Below are positions 24,329 through 37,149 of a DNA stretch of 64,000 nucleotides, piece by piece. The position numbers and the translations under genes are program-made. Numbering within the stretch: position 1 is the stretch's first letter; the number at the start of each line of letters is the position of its first letter. Source of the DNA: Octopus sinensis (taxonomy: Eukaryota). The notes under the pieces were generated by a model that saw only the letters and a program-made list of their open reading frames with translations, was not told where the DNA came from and searched no databases. The stretch lies in NCBI RefSeq assembly GCF_006345805.1, contig NC_043004.1, positions 39,618,001 to 39,682,000 on the forward strand. Direction: 5' to 3'.

Positions 24329-26498
24329 TATATATAACGGGAAGCTTTATGAAAATAAACAAAAGACGAAGGCAGGTGGAAAACAAACGAACAATTGTAT
24401 TAGTATGGCGCTCAGGAAATATAAATAAAACAAGTCTTTAACGTTTCGAGCCTACGCTCTTCAACAGAAAGATACACAGAGAGAGAAAAACACAGAAAGA
24501 AGGAGAGAAAAAAAATGCGTATGAATGAATGAAAAAAGTGGTAATATAAGAGAAAATAAAAATACAACAAACGGGACAGTTTATGCGAACAAGTCAAGGT
24601 GTGAAAGTTCAAGGGAGGAAGGTGTAGACGTCGTGGTATATTTTTTAAGGATTTCACATCAATGCAAAGTCACTTTGATCCGCGAAAGAGAGGTGCAGCC
24701 GATGGTAGTATCCAAGAGGTAAAGAAAATCCAAGGTAGAGGTAAGTGTTGATAGTGGTATGGGTAGAATATAGGATGAAAGTGAGACCACGTGAGCGCAT
24801 AATATATAACGGGAAGCTTTATGAAAATAAACAAAAGACGAAGGCAGGTGGAAAACAAACGAACAATGTATTAGTATGGGGCGCTCAGGAAATATAAATA
24901 AAACAAGTCTTTAACGTTTCGAGCCTACGCTCTTCAACAGAAAGATACACAGAGAGAGAAAAACACAGAAAGAAGGAGAGAAAAAAAATGCGTATGAAAT
25001 GAATGTAAAAAAAGTGGTAATATAAGAGAAAATAAAAATACAACAAACGGGACAGTTTATGCGAACAAGTTCAAGGTTGAAAGTTCAAGGTGAGAAATGT
25101 GTAGACGTCGTGGTATATTTTTTAAGGATTTCACATCAATGCAAAGTCACTTTGATCCGCGAAAGAGAGGTGCAGCCGATGGTAAGTATCCAAGAGGTAA
25201 AGAAAATCCAAGGTAGAGGTAAGTGTTGATAGTGGTATTGGTAGAATATAGGATGAAAGTGAGACCACGTGAGCGCATAATATATAACGGGAAGCTTTAT
25301 GAAAATAAACAAAAGACGAAGGCAGGTGGAAAACAAACGAACAATTGTATTAGTATGGCGCTCAGGAAATATAAATAAAACAAGTCTTTAACGTTTCGAG
25401 CCTACGCTCTTCAACAGAAAGATACACAGAGAGAGAAAAACACAGAAAGAAGGAGAGAAAAAAAATGCGTATGAAATGAATGTAAAAAAAGTGGTAATAT
25501 AAGAGAAAATAAAAATACAACAAACGGGACAGTTTATGCGAACAAGTTCAAGGTTGAAAGTTCAAGGTGAGAAATGTGTAGACGTCGTGGTATATTTTTT
25601 AAGGATTCACATCAATGCAAAGTCACTTTGATCCGCGAAAGAGAGGTGCAGCCGATGGTAAGTATCCAAGAGGTAAAAAAATCAAGGTAGAGGTAAGTGT
25701 TGATAGTGGTATTGGTAGAATATAGGATGAAAGTGAGACCACGTGAGCGCATAATATATAACGGGAAGCTTATGAAAATAAACAAAAGACGAAGGCAGGT
25801 GGAAAACAAACGAACAATTGTATTAGTATGGCGCTCAGGAAATATAAATAAAACAAGTCTTTAACGTTTCGAGGCCTACGCTCTTCAACAGAAAGATACA
25901 CAGAGAGAGAAAAACACAGAAAGAAGGAGAGAAAAAAAATGCGTATGAAATGAATGTAAAAAAAGTGGTAATATAGAGAAAATAAAAATACAACAAACGG
26001 GACAGTTTATGCGAACAAGTCAAGGTTGAAAGTTCAAGAGTGAGAAATGTGTAGACGTCGTGGTATATTTTTTAAGGATTTCACATCAATGCAAAGTCAC
26101 TTTGATCCGCGAAAGAGAGGTGCAGCCGATGGTAAGTATCCAAGAGGTAAAGAAAATCCAAGGTAGAGGTAAGTGTTGATAGTGGTATTGGTAGAATATA
26201 GGATAGGATGAAAGTGAGACCACGTGAGCGCATAATATATAACGGGAAGCTTTATGAAAATAAACAAAAGACGAAGGCAGGTGGAAAACAAACGAACAAT
26301 TGTATTAGTATGGCGCTCAGGAAATATAAATAAAACAAGTCTTTAACGTTTCGAGCCTACGCTCTTCAACAGAAAGATACACAGAGAGAGAAAAACACAG
26401 AAAGAAGGAGAGAAAAAAAATGCGTATGAAATGAATGTAAAAAAAGTGGTAATATAAGAGAAAATAAAAATACAACAAACGGGACAGTTTATGCGAAC
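24329..26498 (-). repeat. Tandem array of ~4.6 near-identical ~475-bp monomers, each with a minimal hammerhead-like motif (retrozyme-like)
   Basis: ACGGGAAGC recurs at 24337, 24809, 25287, 25761 and 26242. HHR-like motifs lie at 24435-24472, 24908-24945, 25385-25422, 25858-25896 and 26340-26377. Confidence 0.9.
24435..24472 (-). ncRNA. Minimal type I hammerhead-like motif with variant core (first of five)
   Basis: RNA UCUUU-CUGUUGA-A-GAGC(GUAG)GCUC-GAA-ACGU-U-AAAGA: 5-bp stem I, 4-bp stem II, palindromic ACGU stem III and GUU triplet. Core A6 is replaced by U. Confidence 0.6.
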
Positions 26499-26565
26499 GT
26501 GTGTGTGTGCGTGTATGTATGTGTATGTATATATATATCTATATATCTCTATATATAAATAATAT

Positions 26566-26610
<45 letters not shown>

Positions 26611-26711
26611 TTAATATAAAATATAAATTACAAAGTGGGACAAGAACGCAAAAACACACATGTATATATTATTTATATATAGAGATATATATACATACAC
26701 ATACATACACG

Positions 26712-26762
<51 letters not shown>

Positions 26763-27629
26763 ATATATATATGTATGTATGTATATATGGGTACAGGAGG
26801 TCACCAAAAGTAAACAACATGTAATGCGAAACAAATGAGTTGAATACGCAAACAACGAGAGAAAGAAATGGAAAACAAGACAAGTAACATAAAGAACGAC
26901 CCTTCATCAGTTGTCGGCTACCTATCTACTCCTCATTTCGAGCATTGAACGACAATATGAGTCTCCGAAGGCAGTTGCTTCCACAAATACCAAAATAAAT
27001 TTGGGATTTATGGAGGGTCAAAGTTGGGATCAAAAACAGGACAGTGGAGACATACAAAGAAACCGAACGAAAACAAACATGAGGGTCGTTAGACCAGAAC
27101 GAGGGTGAAATAACGAACGCTGACATACATAGATATACGTATGTCTATATATATGCATAGGCGTAGGCGTTTATGCCTATATGTAATTGTGTATATATAT
27201 TTCGGTTTTTTACGTTGTTGCTTTTATTTTTCCTTACGCAGAGACCATAAACCGACCCTCTAAGTGGCCGCTCGAACCTTTTGAAATATCAGCCGGGTCT
27301 CTCTCAGATTTCCTACAAATTATACCCAACTACTCACACACACACACACACACACACACCACACACACACACACACAAAATACATTAAACAATTTTATAA
27401 TGAACTTCTAGATGTATACCTAAGGCAAGCCAGTCACGGCTGGATCATAGGTATAATAGAAAAGCTGACCTGGGAAGGAAATAGCAAAAAACAACCTCGT
27501 CATCAAGATAATTATCCTAATTATCATCATCCTAGTTATTATCCATCCATCTTCTCTCACTATTCCTGGGTGGTGTCAAGGGTAGAGTCCCCAGTCACCT
27601 CTTTCATATGACCCTATCATTACACTTTC

Positions 27630-28360
27630 CGGCTTGATTTCCAAACGTGTCTTAGACTATGGCTATAATTTCGTTCTCCTACCGTTTGGTTCAACTCAAA
27701 GAATCTGTCTTGCGATTAATTCCTGCGACATTCTAACCACACATCTATAGTACATGAGCTGTGATCTCTCAATGCGGAGAAGTAGCAGTTCGACCTGGAG
27801 ATATTCTCTTGAGTAACGTTACACCAGAGAGATTACCATTTCGAGTTAGCTTCTCGAGTCAAGCTGACTCATAAGGTCCGGTTTCTCGGTTTTCATGGCG
27901 TATAAGTTCCCTCACAGGATTACTTATTTTTAATAGCTGAGTGGACTAGGGCGACGTGAAATGAAATGTTTTGTTCAAGAATTCAACGTATCGCCCGGTC
28001 CAGGACTCCAAGCAACAATCTTACGATCATGAGTGCAACACGCTAACCACTAAGCCACGCGCCTCCACTGCACCAGGGACCCTTCGGAGGATTCCCATTT
28101 TGGCCACTTGTATTCACAGTCGGACCCTTTTGGACATTAACCAATATTCATGACCGAGGCTATGCACGAAAACCGAACTGAAGAGTGCGAATTTGAGGGG
28201 TTTTTTTTTTTTACCTACTTCTTCTATTTTGAGGATCGAGTGATAGAGGCACCGCATTACCATGCCAGCATTTGCAATTCTAGCGCCCGATTCAGTCTCC
28301 TGCTTCCCATGACTCGTAAATACGGCCTCGAGATACTTAAACATCTCCACTTGTTTCATA
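27630..28360 (-). mobile_element. RTE-clade LINE reverse-transcriptase C-terminal fragment interrupted by a SINE (27846-28068)
   Basis: KQVEMFKYLEAVFTSHGKQETESGARIANA..SVFVHSLGHEYWLMSKRVR, then QVELLLLRIERSQLMYYRCVVRMSQELIARQIL*VEPNGRR. Confidence 0.85.
27846..28068 (-). mobile_element. tRNA-derived SINE, family D
   Basis: Head GTGGAGGCGCGTGGCTTAGTGGTTAGCGTGTT; body related to 30580-30760 (+) and 12360-12500 (-). Confidence 0.7.
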
Positions 28361-29028
28361 TTTTTTCATTACAATCATCATCGCCATCATTATCGTCTTC
28401 AATATCGTCGTAATCATCGTGATAATTTTCATCAACCTTATCATCATCATCATCATCATAACCATCACGAACGCCGTCGCCGACAGTGACGACAAAATAG
28501 GAAGCATGGTCTCCTTCCTTACAGGAAACAAGAAATTACTGCGCTGAGATATGACTGCTATATCATCGTTCTCCGTCCCTGACTCCCATATATCTTCTAT
28601 TGGTTCTTTATCTGAAATGTTTGTTTGTATAAGCAAAGGTCATTGCGTACATTTTATACGTTAATGACCCCGTTGTACTTAAACACATTCAACAAGAACT
28701 ACCGTAAGAGCATCAGTATCAACAGCAGCAATAACAATAACGAAAACAACAATAGCAAAACGAAACAATGGGAGATTCATGTGTAACAATGATTCTCAAC
28801 TGGGATCCATATGGTCCTTGGCGGTCTGCAAAATTGTTTTCCCACGAGAGTTCCGGATCCCAGTTATGAACTCATTTGCATATAGCCGATCAGAGCTCAA
28901 CTATCAAACTAATTCATGAGCCCCATAACAAGTGATGGGCGACAAGATAAGGTCACTTGGATTGATCATGCTACTTTTCTCTTTTGTTAATGCTTGTTCT
29001 TGTTTCAACCACGGCTGCCTCTGCGAAG

Positions 29029-29178
29029 TTATTTGTACCAGTCACAAGTCCAAACATCCCTGAAAGTTTCATCCGAATCCATCCAGCAGTTTTTGAGATA
29101 TTTTGTCCACGGACAAACAAACAAACAAACACGACTGAAAACAATACCTCTGCCTAAGCGAAGGCGGAGGTAATAAAT
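29029..29178 (-). mobile_element. Helentron/DINE-1-like non-autonomous element end
   Basis: Minus strand TTACCTCCGCCTTCGCTTAGGCAGAGGT hairpin, then (GTTT)n and ATCTCAAAAACTGCTGGATGGATTCGGATGAAACTTTCAG. Confidence 0.55.
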
Positions 29179-29954
29179 GGGTGCTTTCTCCGTTGATGTT
29201 TTCTGAATTATTGATGTATACATAGAGTGGATCCATCCACACTTGCCACTTATACTACTTCCTTCTGCCTTTTCATAAATTTACTTGAGGACAGTAAAAA
29301 GAACAACTATAGCAAAACGAAAAACTGAGAAATTCTTCTATGTCACTGGTTCTCAATCGGGTCATTGGCAGTCCATATGTGATTTTATTTTTAAAGTTTA
29401 TGTACTATAAATGCAAGTGAAACTTGGAAAACTCGGTGGCAACCCAAACAAAGAGGAAAACGTCTATCCTAAGAACTTTTAGTCTCTTTTATTATACCCA
29501 CTAGAAAGAGGAAAACCGCGTTCTCTCCCTCATTAAAAGATGGGACTGGAGTTAATACCATTTTCAACGCAACTGGTAGCTAGGTCCACTCCACAGGCGC
29601 CAGCAGCTGTTCAACGTAACCCTCTTTCTCTAAAATCCTTGGGCAATAATCGAATGCGTGCAGAGTGGCCTCGTTGCCGTGTAGTTATCTCCGACAGGCC
29701 GGACTGACGGCATTTCAATACCTGTAGAGGTAATCTCGAACTAGTGCCACCTATCATTAGCATTATTAAACTAAGGATCTATGGAAGTTATATGTAGTAT
29801 CGTCTAATCCTGAACTTCTCCAAAACATGCTATAGCTTGTTTTCGTCGACACCCGGAGCTTCCCCGAGAGCGTCCTTCCTCTCTTCCCCACCTTAAATCC
29901 TCTGTAAGTTGTTGAAGTCGAAGTTAACCTATTCGCATTGTCCGATTGATATTA

Positions 29955-30260
29955 TCATCATCATCATCATCATCGCCATCAACATTTGATGCCCGATTTC
30001 CATGCTAGCATGGGTTGGACGGCTTGACAGGAACTAGCAAGGCCAGCAGCTGTACCCGGTTTTATAGTCTATTTTGGCTTGGTTTCTACAGCTGGATGAC
30101 CTTCCTAACACCAACCCCTTTACAGAGTGTACTGGGTGCTTTTTTTACGTGGCACCATCACCAGTGCATTTTACGAGGCACAAACCCCAATGCTACTTAC
30201 TTGGCATCAGCACCCACCCTAATGCTCTTTACATGGCACCTTGGTTTTCAGAATCTCAGT
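29955..30260 (-). mobile_element. Retroposon 3' fragment with a (GAT)n tail
   Basis: Reverse reads ..GTAGAAACCAAGCC..CCGTCCAACCCATGCTAGCATGGAAA then GATGATGAT; a short relative lies at ~39550. Confidence 0.55.
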
Positions 30261-31044
30261 TCTGTTGTGGTGGGCGGATCTTCTTTAAACCCCGTATACA
30301 TCAGTCCTTTGTTATCTCCTTTGCAAGGCTCAGCGTTCTCAGATCGGCCTTTAATTCATCGTCATATGTTTTCATTGGTCTCCATCTTCCACAACTTCCC
30401 TCCACTTTGAATGATCGTGCTTTTTTATGCAACTGCTTTCATCAATAAATAAATAAATTAATTAACATATAAATATATTAAAACAATAAAACTTTTTTTC
30501 AACTGAACGTCTTTCACCAGTTGTTAGCTTAATCAAGGTTAACCTGCAGCTGAGGTAGTGAATTCCATTCAGAGACCGAGATGTGTGTAGTTTTCTTAAG
30601 CAAGAGACTTTACTTCATATTCTTGCAGTTCAATCAGCTGTAGAAACGAGTTGGAACATCAGTGGTGCCAAGCTGTATCTACCTTTGCCTTTCCCTTGGT
30701 TAACATCGGTGGCGTGTAGAGGGAAGACTAGTACACATGAGTGGCTACTGGTCTTCCATAAAAATTTTTTTTTAAAAAACCTTGCCCGGACTTTCTAGTA
30801 GAAATTCTATGGTCATTCATGACCGAAGGTGGGTGTCTTTACATATTACTAATGACAATTACACCAGCAACAGCAATAGCAAAAAAAACCAAAAAAAACA
30901 AAAATAATCAATAATCAAATAAATAAAACAATAATTCATACATCTTGCAAAATAGCACCCAATGCAAACCGTATATTAATATATAATAGAATAGATGCAG
31001 GAACTTCGTTGCACAGCTCCAAGTTTCACTTTTCGGTTCGGATA

Positions 31045-31060
31045 TATCTATCTATCTATC

Positions 31061-31133
<73 letters not shown>

Positions 31134-31232
31134 ATATATATGTATATATATGTATATATATATATGTATATATATATGTATATATATGTATATATTATAT
31201 GTATATATATATTGTATATATATGTAATATAT

Positions 31233-31270
<38 letters not shown>

Positions 31271-31782
31271 TATATGTATATATATATATGTTATATATAT
31301 ATACATGTATATATATATATATAATATATATGTATATATATATATTATATATATGTATGTATATATATATGTATATATATATATGTATATATATATATGT
31401 ATATATATATGTATATATATATATATGATATATATATATGTTATATATATATATGTATATATATATATGTAATATATATATGTATATATATATATATTAT
31501 ATATATGTATATATTATATATATGTATATTATATGTATATATATTATGTATTATATATTTATAGGTATATATATATATATGTATATATTATATATGTATA
31601 TATATATATTATGTATATATATATAATATATGTATATATATATATATATGTATATGTATATATATATTATATATGTATATATATTATGTATATATGTATA
31701 TATAATATGTATATATATATTATATATATATATATATATAATATATATATATGTATATATATGTATGTATATATATATATAT
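31045..31782. repeat. Large compound (TATC)n/(TA)n/(TATG)n microsatellite
   Basis: Directly visible; source of all YI-rich ORFs here. Confidence 0.95.
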
Positions 31783-32299
31783 GCATCAATGTTTGTACAT
31801 GTGCAACTGTGGGTGTGTCTCCTAACGCCTGCAATGTGTATATTATATTTTGTGAAACTATGTCCGCGCGCACACACAGACGCGCACAAATACACGCATA
31901 TGTGTATATATATTATATATATAATATACATGCGTGTGTAATACATGTACGCTCATATGTCTGAGCATGTGTGCGTGTATGTGTCTGTGTGTGTTGTGTA
32001 TATGCGTGTGCGTTTGTGTGTAGGAGAATGAGAGCTGAGTATGTGCGTATGTATGTATGTATGGTTGTTTGTTCAGATATGCGTATATATGGATTCGTCT
32101 TGTTGTGGGTGTGTGTGTTGTGTGTTTGTGTGACATCGCTTCAGAATCAAGTGACCTTTAGACGATAGACTGATCGCCTGCTTCAAATTACCAGCCTGTA
32201 ACATTTATAGTACTAACTTGTTATTGTCTATGTCTGTACATTACGTGTGTGGCGAGGTATGATGTGGTGGAGATGGTGGTGTTGGTGGTGTTGGTGGTG

Positions 32300-32331
<32 letters not shown>

Positions 32332-32760
32332 CATTGTGTCGGTAAATGTGTATGTGTTGTGTGTGGAAATGTGCCTACGTACATATGTATGCATGCGTGT
32401 GTTGCTTTGATTTGTTTTGCCTTTTCTTCTTCCTTTTCCTATTCCAATTTTAGTCAAGAGTATCAAAAGGAGAGAGAGAGAGAGAGAGAAATTAAGAAAG
32501 AAATAGAGAGAGAGACAGGGAGTGAGAGAGATGTCTATAAAAAAAAACGTAATAGAAATGAAACAGCAGAAAAAACGCGTGCGTTCACAGACGAATACGC
32601 GCGCTGGGGCACCATATGAGACGACTGAGTTAGAATGTGTGTGAGCGTGTGTTTGAGATTTTGTGCATATGAGTCAGTGCATTTGAATCAGTTTGCGTGA
32701 GTGAGTGTGTGTGTGTGTTTATTTCCTGTGTTTGCCTATGGTTTGTTATTTCATTCTGGA

Positions 32761-32878
32761 ATGAACAATAAAATGGCAACATTGCTAAGGGAAACCAGTC
32801 GAAATGTTTTATGGCCATTTCATCTCCTCCCTGTTTTGAATTCCTATCGGAACTTGCTTTTACTTTTCATCTTCCAAG
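32761..32878 (+). CDS. Possible first coding exon with a signal-peptide-like end (unverified)
   Basis: ATG at 32761 and AAAATGG at 32773 give MNNKMATLLRETSRNVLWPFHLLPVLNSYRNLLLLFIFQ-G, then a phase-1 donor CAAG|GTAAAT. TCAGT motifs lie upstream (~32674, ~32688). Confidence 0.25.
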
Positions 32879-32965
32879 GTAAATAAAACATATTCGCCCA
32901 TTGGTTTTGCTGCTGTTGTTGTTGTTGTTGTTAGTCACAGATCCAAGAGATCTGTTATCAATGGT

Positions 32966-33374
32966 GGTATCTTTTCGGTTTGAACGGCAGTTTTTTCTAG
33001 CTGTGTCATATGAAATTGTCACCCATAATTAAGACCCTAGAATCGATCTATTGCATTTCAATCTATTTTAGGGTTAGGGGTGGGGGAAGGGTATATTTTT
33101 CTCTTCACAAATGTAAATAAACCCAATCTGTTTCTTGAACGAGGGACATATTCATACGGCACAGAATGTTGTTTACGTCAATGGACGTCATTGATTTGTT
33201 GAAATTGCAGAAATTGAAGAAAAAAACAACAAATATCTTACAAACTATAGAATTTTCTCAATAAAGTCAAGAGAAAAAGATGTTTTATAAACACATTCTA
33301 CCAGTATACGAAGTTTAAAATTTTTTAGTTGCCTAGAAATTATGTTAAAACTGCCGTTGAAACCGAAAAGATCC
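32966..33374 (+). mobile_element. MITE family M, copy 2
   Basis: Same TIRs and body as copy 1; flanked by a 19-bp direct duplication GAGATCTGTTATCAATGGT (32947-32965 and 33375-33393). Confidence 0.9.
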
Positions 33375-33574
33375 GAGATCTGTTATCAATGGTGTTCTAT
33401 CCATGGCTATCCATATTTTTTTCATGAGAATTTGTAACTTTGACTATGGTTTCCAATATGTATTCAACGTATCTTTTTGCGACGGTGAAGATTGACTGCT
33501 TTTGCAGAAACCGATGGACAAGGCATTGACACCCTCGTCGCCTCGCAAGTAATTGTAATATTATGGCGAAGATT

Positions 33575-34450
33575 AAGGCGGCGAGCTGGCAGAAACGTTA
33601 GCACGCCGGGCGAAATTCGTAGCCGTATTTCGTCTGCCGTTACGTTCTGAGTTCAAATTCCGCCGAGGTCGACTTTACCTTTCATCCTTTCGGGGTCGAT
33701 TACATAAGTACCAGTTACGCACTGGGGTCGATATAATCAACTTAATCCCTGTGTCTGTCCTTGTTTGCCCCCTCTGTGTTTAGCTCCTTGTGGGTAGTAA
33801 AGAAATAGGTATTTCGTCTGCCGCTACGTTCTGAGTTCAAAATCCGCCGAGGTTGACTTTACCTTTCATCCTTTCGGGGTCGATTACATAAGTACGAGTT
33901 ACACACTGGGGTCGATATAATCGACTTAATCTGTTTGTCTGTCCTTGTTTGTCCTCTCTGTGTTTAGCCCCTTGTGGGTAGTAAAGAAATAGGTAATATT
34001 ATGGCGAAGATTAAGGCGGTGAGCTGGCAGAAACGTTAGCACGCCGGACGAAATGCTAAGCGGTATTTCGTCTGCCGTTACGTTCTGAGTTCAAATTCCA
34101 CCGTGGTCGACTTTGCCTTTCATCCTTCCGGGGTCGATAAATTAAGTACCAGTTACGCACTGGGATCGATGTAATCGACTTAATCCCTTTGTCTGTCCTT
34201 GTTTGTCCCCTCTGTGTTTAGCCCCTTGTGGGCAATAAAGAAATAAGAATATAAAAGAAATAAGAATCGTTAACACGCCGGGCAAACTGCTTAGCAGCAT
34301 TTCGTCCTGAGTTCAAATTCCGCCGAGGTTGACTTTGCTTTTCATCCTTTCGGGGTCGATAAGCTAAGTACCAGTTGAATACTGGGGTCGAAGTAATCGA
34401 GTAACCTCCTCCACTGAAATTGCTGGCCTTATGCCAAAATTTGAAACCAA
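33575..34450 (+). mobile_element. Cluster of tandem family B SINEs
   Basis: 33575-33993 (internal duplication), 34013-34247 and ~34266-34450. TAATATTATGGCGAAGATT precedes both of the first two copies. Confidence 0.9.
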
Positions 34451-35109
34451 TATTATATGGGGAAGATTCAATTGGATATATATCTTCGATAGAAAGGTGA
34501 CTTCGTGTATTGGGTAAAGATAATTAATTTCATTAGGACGTCCTCAATGCCTTTTGAACAACTGGATGATGCGTTGTGTTTTTGAGCAACACATTTCATT
34601 CCACATTGCTCCACTCTACAGCCAAAAAAATGTAATCTCTCGATGGATCGGCATTTTGTCCTGGAAGAATATATGCGCCACAGAATCTTTGATCTCTTTT
34701 TCTGAGTTTTTTTCTTATTGTTGGAGTAAACAATAGAGTCGAGGTCAGAGGAGGCAACTGCCATCACCACCACAAGCACTTTATATTCATGGAGTGAACA
34801 AACAAAAAAACAATACTGTCTTTCTATTATAGAAATGTTTAGGAAACAGCTAGTCCAGTGGTTCTCAAATGGGGCTCATATGGTCCCTGAAGGTCCCTAT
34901 AAGATTTTGGGTTGGGAGAAGGTCCAAGTAGCATAATTGTAAATTGGGGATTCACAAGAGCCCCTGAAAATAATTTTGATTTCGAAGTATGTATTGGTAT
35001 GTATTGCAAGAAACAGCTAGGTATCTGAATATAATCGACTTAATCCGTTTGTCTTCCTTATTTGTCCTCTCTGTATTTAGCCCCTTGTGGGTAGTAAAGA
35101 AATAGGTAT

Positions 35110-36123
35110 CTGAATTTACGCTTCCCTGACATTAAAACATTTCTCCGCGTCCTGTGGCAGACATGCAGGCTGACACCATATTAGAACCACTCCCATGTTT
35201 TATGTTTGGTACCAGACATTCAGCCTTAAATGCTTACCCAAAACGCATGAAAATTGCACCAAATGTACCGAAAACCTAACTAAAAACATGAAAAATAATA
35301 TCAACTTTATGTTGGATACTTTTTTATATATTTTGGGCAACAAACCAGTTACATTAAGTTTATATGTTGATTGAATACATGTACTATCTTACCTCATAGT
35401 TACTTTCATCAGACCATATGACTTTTGACCATTGCTCACTGGTCTAATTTGAGTGGTTTTTGGCCCACAGAAAATGTTTTTCTATATTGGCTTTAGAAAC
35501 CCATGGCTTCTTCCTGGCTTTACAGCCTTTCAGACCGTACTCTACAAGCCTTCTTCTAACAGTTCTGGTTGATATTTATGAAGTATTTGCCTTGTTGAAG
35601 TCCATACAGAGCTCTGACAATGTATTTCTTCTGTTTATTGAGCGACTGACGGATGATGGATTTATCATCATGAGGTGATGTAACCATTTTTCTGTCTGTT
35701 CTTTGTATTGTCTTCACATCTTTTGTCTCTCTGAAGCGCTTGAAAATCGTTTACACTGCACATCGAGAACATTTCATCTGCTGAGCAATTTGCCTTTGAG
35801 ACATTCCATCTTCATGATGAGCTACGACTTGACCTCGCATAGACTCACTCAACTCCCTTGTTTTAGGCATTTTACTGTTTATTAACTGTATCTACAACGT
35901 ATTTTAGCATAAAACAAGGAAACAAGTTAATTTTAGACGTTGGTCTAACTCATAATTGGTTGCATGTGTACAGTACAGTATAAAAGCGGTAATTGATGCT
36001 AAAGAAGGGCCAACCACATATCAAAACTAATGCATATTGTGAAATATACTATAATCTACTATGTTCACTAGTTTCTTTAACATTGAGATAGCAGAACCCC
36101 AAAACACTGGGGTGACCTAATAC

Positions 36124-36126
<3 letters not shown>
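35110..36126 (-). mobile_element. Tc1-family transposon remnant with an intron-split transposase
   Basis: ATG at 35870: MPKTRELSESMRGQVVAHHEDGMSQRQIA..TRTVRRRLVEYGLKGCKARKKPW..WSDESNYE | 117-bp GT..AG (35392-35276) | VFGTFGAIFMR..ECLVPNIKHGSGS. TIR remnant GGGGTGACCTAATACTTT at 36109-36126. Confidence 0.85.
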
Positions 36127-36181
<55 letters not shown>

Positions 36182-36327
36182 ATATTTCGGAATGGTCATT
36201 TTGCCAGTTTAGCCAATAACACTGAAGCAAAATAGCACCAAATATATAGTGCGTGTGTTTTTATTGGCTAAAATATGTTTCAACACACGATTTCACATAA
36301 AAAATCTTGCACAACAAATATTTAAAC

Positions 36328-36378
<51 letters not shown>

Positions 36379-37091
36379 TATATATCTTGGTGTATTGTTG
36401 TATCACTGTCCTACATTTATATATATATATATTCGAAACGTAGAGTAGGTGAAACAGGGACAACTGAAGAAGGGAAATATTCTTTATGTTGTATATCTCG
36501 AAAAAAAGTTCGTTTCTATGTTTTTGTTTTTATGTTTTCGTTTCTCATCGTGTTCAACGTTTTTTTTATGTCCTGTACCCATATATGCATATGTGTATAC
36601 ATACATATATATGTAGGTATGTACATATATGTATGTATATACGCATATATTTATATTATATATATTATAGGTATATATATATATATATTATATATGTATG
36701 TACATACTTATATATGTGTGTGTGTCTGTGTACGTATATCAGGAAATAGCCAGGCTGTTCTCATTTCTCTTCCTCTGCCACTTATACACACCAAGCATAT
36801 AAAATCTGTATTATAATAGGTTTGTTTTGCGTCGCCTCTGTGCAATGTAATGTATTTGGTTGTTCTCGTTGTTGTTTTTGTAATGGTAGTTGTTGTTGCC
36901 TTTGTTGTTCGGTGTATTTGACGAATATGGGTTCCAAGTACAAAGACATGTGTTTCAAATAATCCGAAATTTAAAGACATTGGTTCACTTGCCACAGAAC
37001 TGTCAGAATTTAAACTAAACAGAAATGAAAAGAAATAATAATAAATCTAAAAAATAAATCATGAAAGAGTAGAGATAGCGCTGAATGCTTA

Positions 37092-37149
<58 letters not shown>

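Noticed and set aside
24329-26498. CRISPR-like or coding tandem array
   Set aside because: The units are fully repeated with no unique spacers, and the short ORFs differ by frameshifts between units.
26790-27125. CTGATGAAGGG motif (minus, ~26900-26910; related CTGAAGAAGGG at ~36464) as a hammerhead
   Set aside because: No properly placed GAAA, stem III and stem I in either copy; likely a repeat-family remnant only.
28524-28612. Possible minus-strand exon DKEPIEDIWESGTENDDIAVISQRSNFLFP
   Set aside because: TTTCAG and GTAAGG sites are present, but the pyrimidine tract is poor and there is no homology I can recognise.
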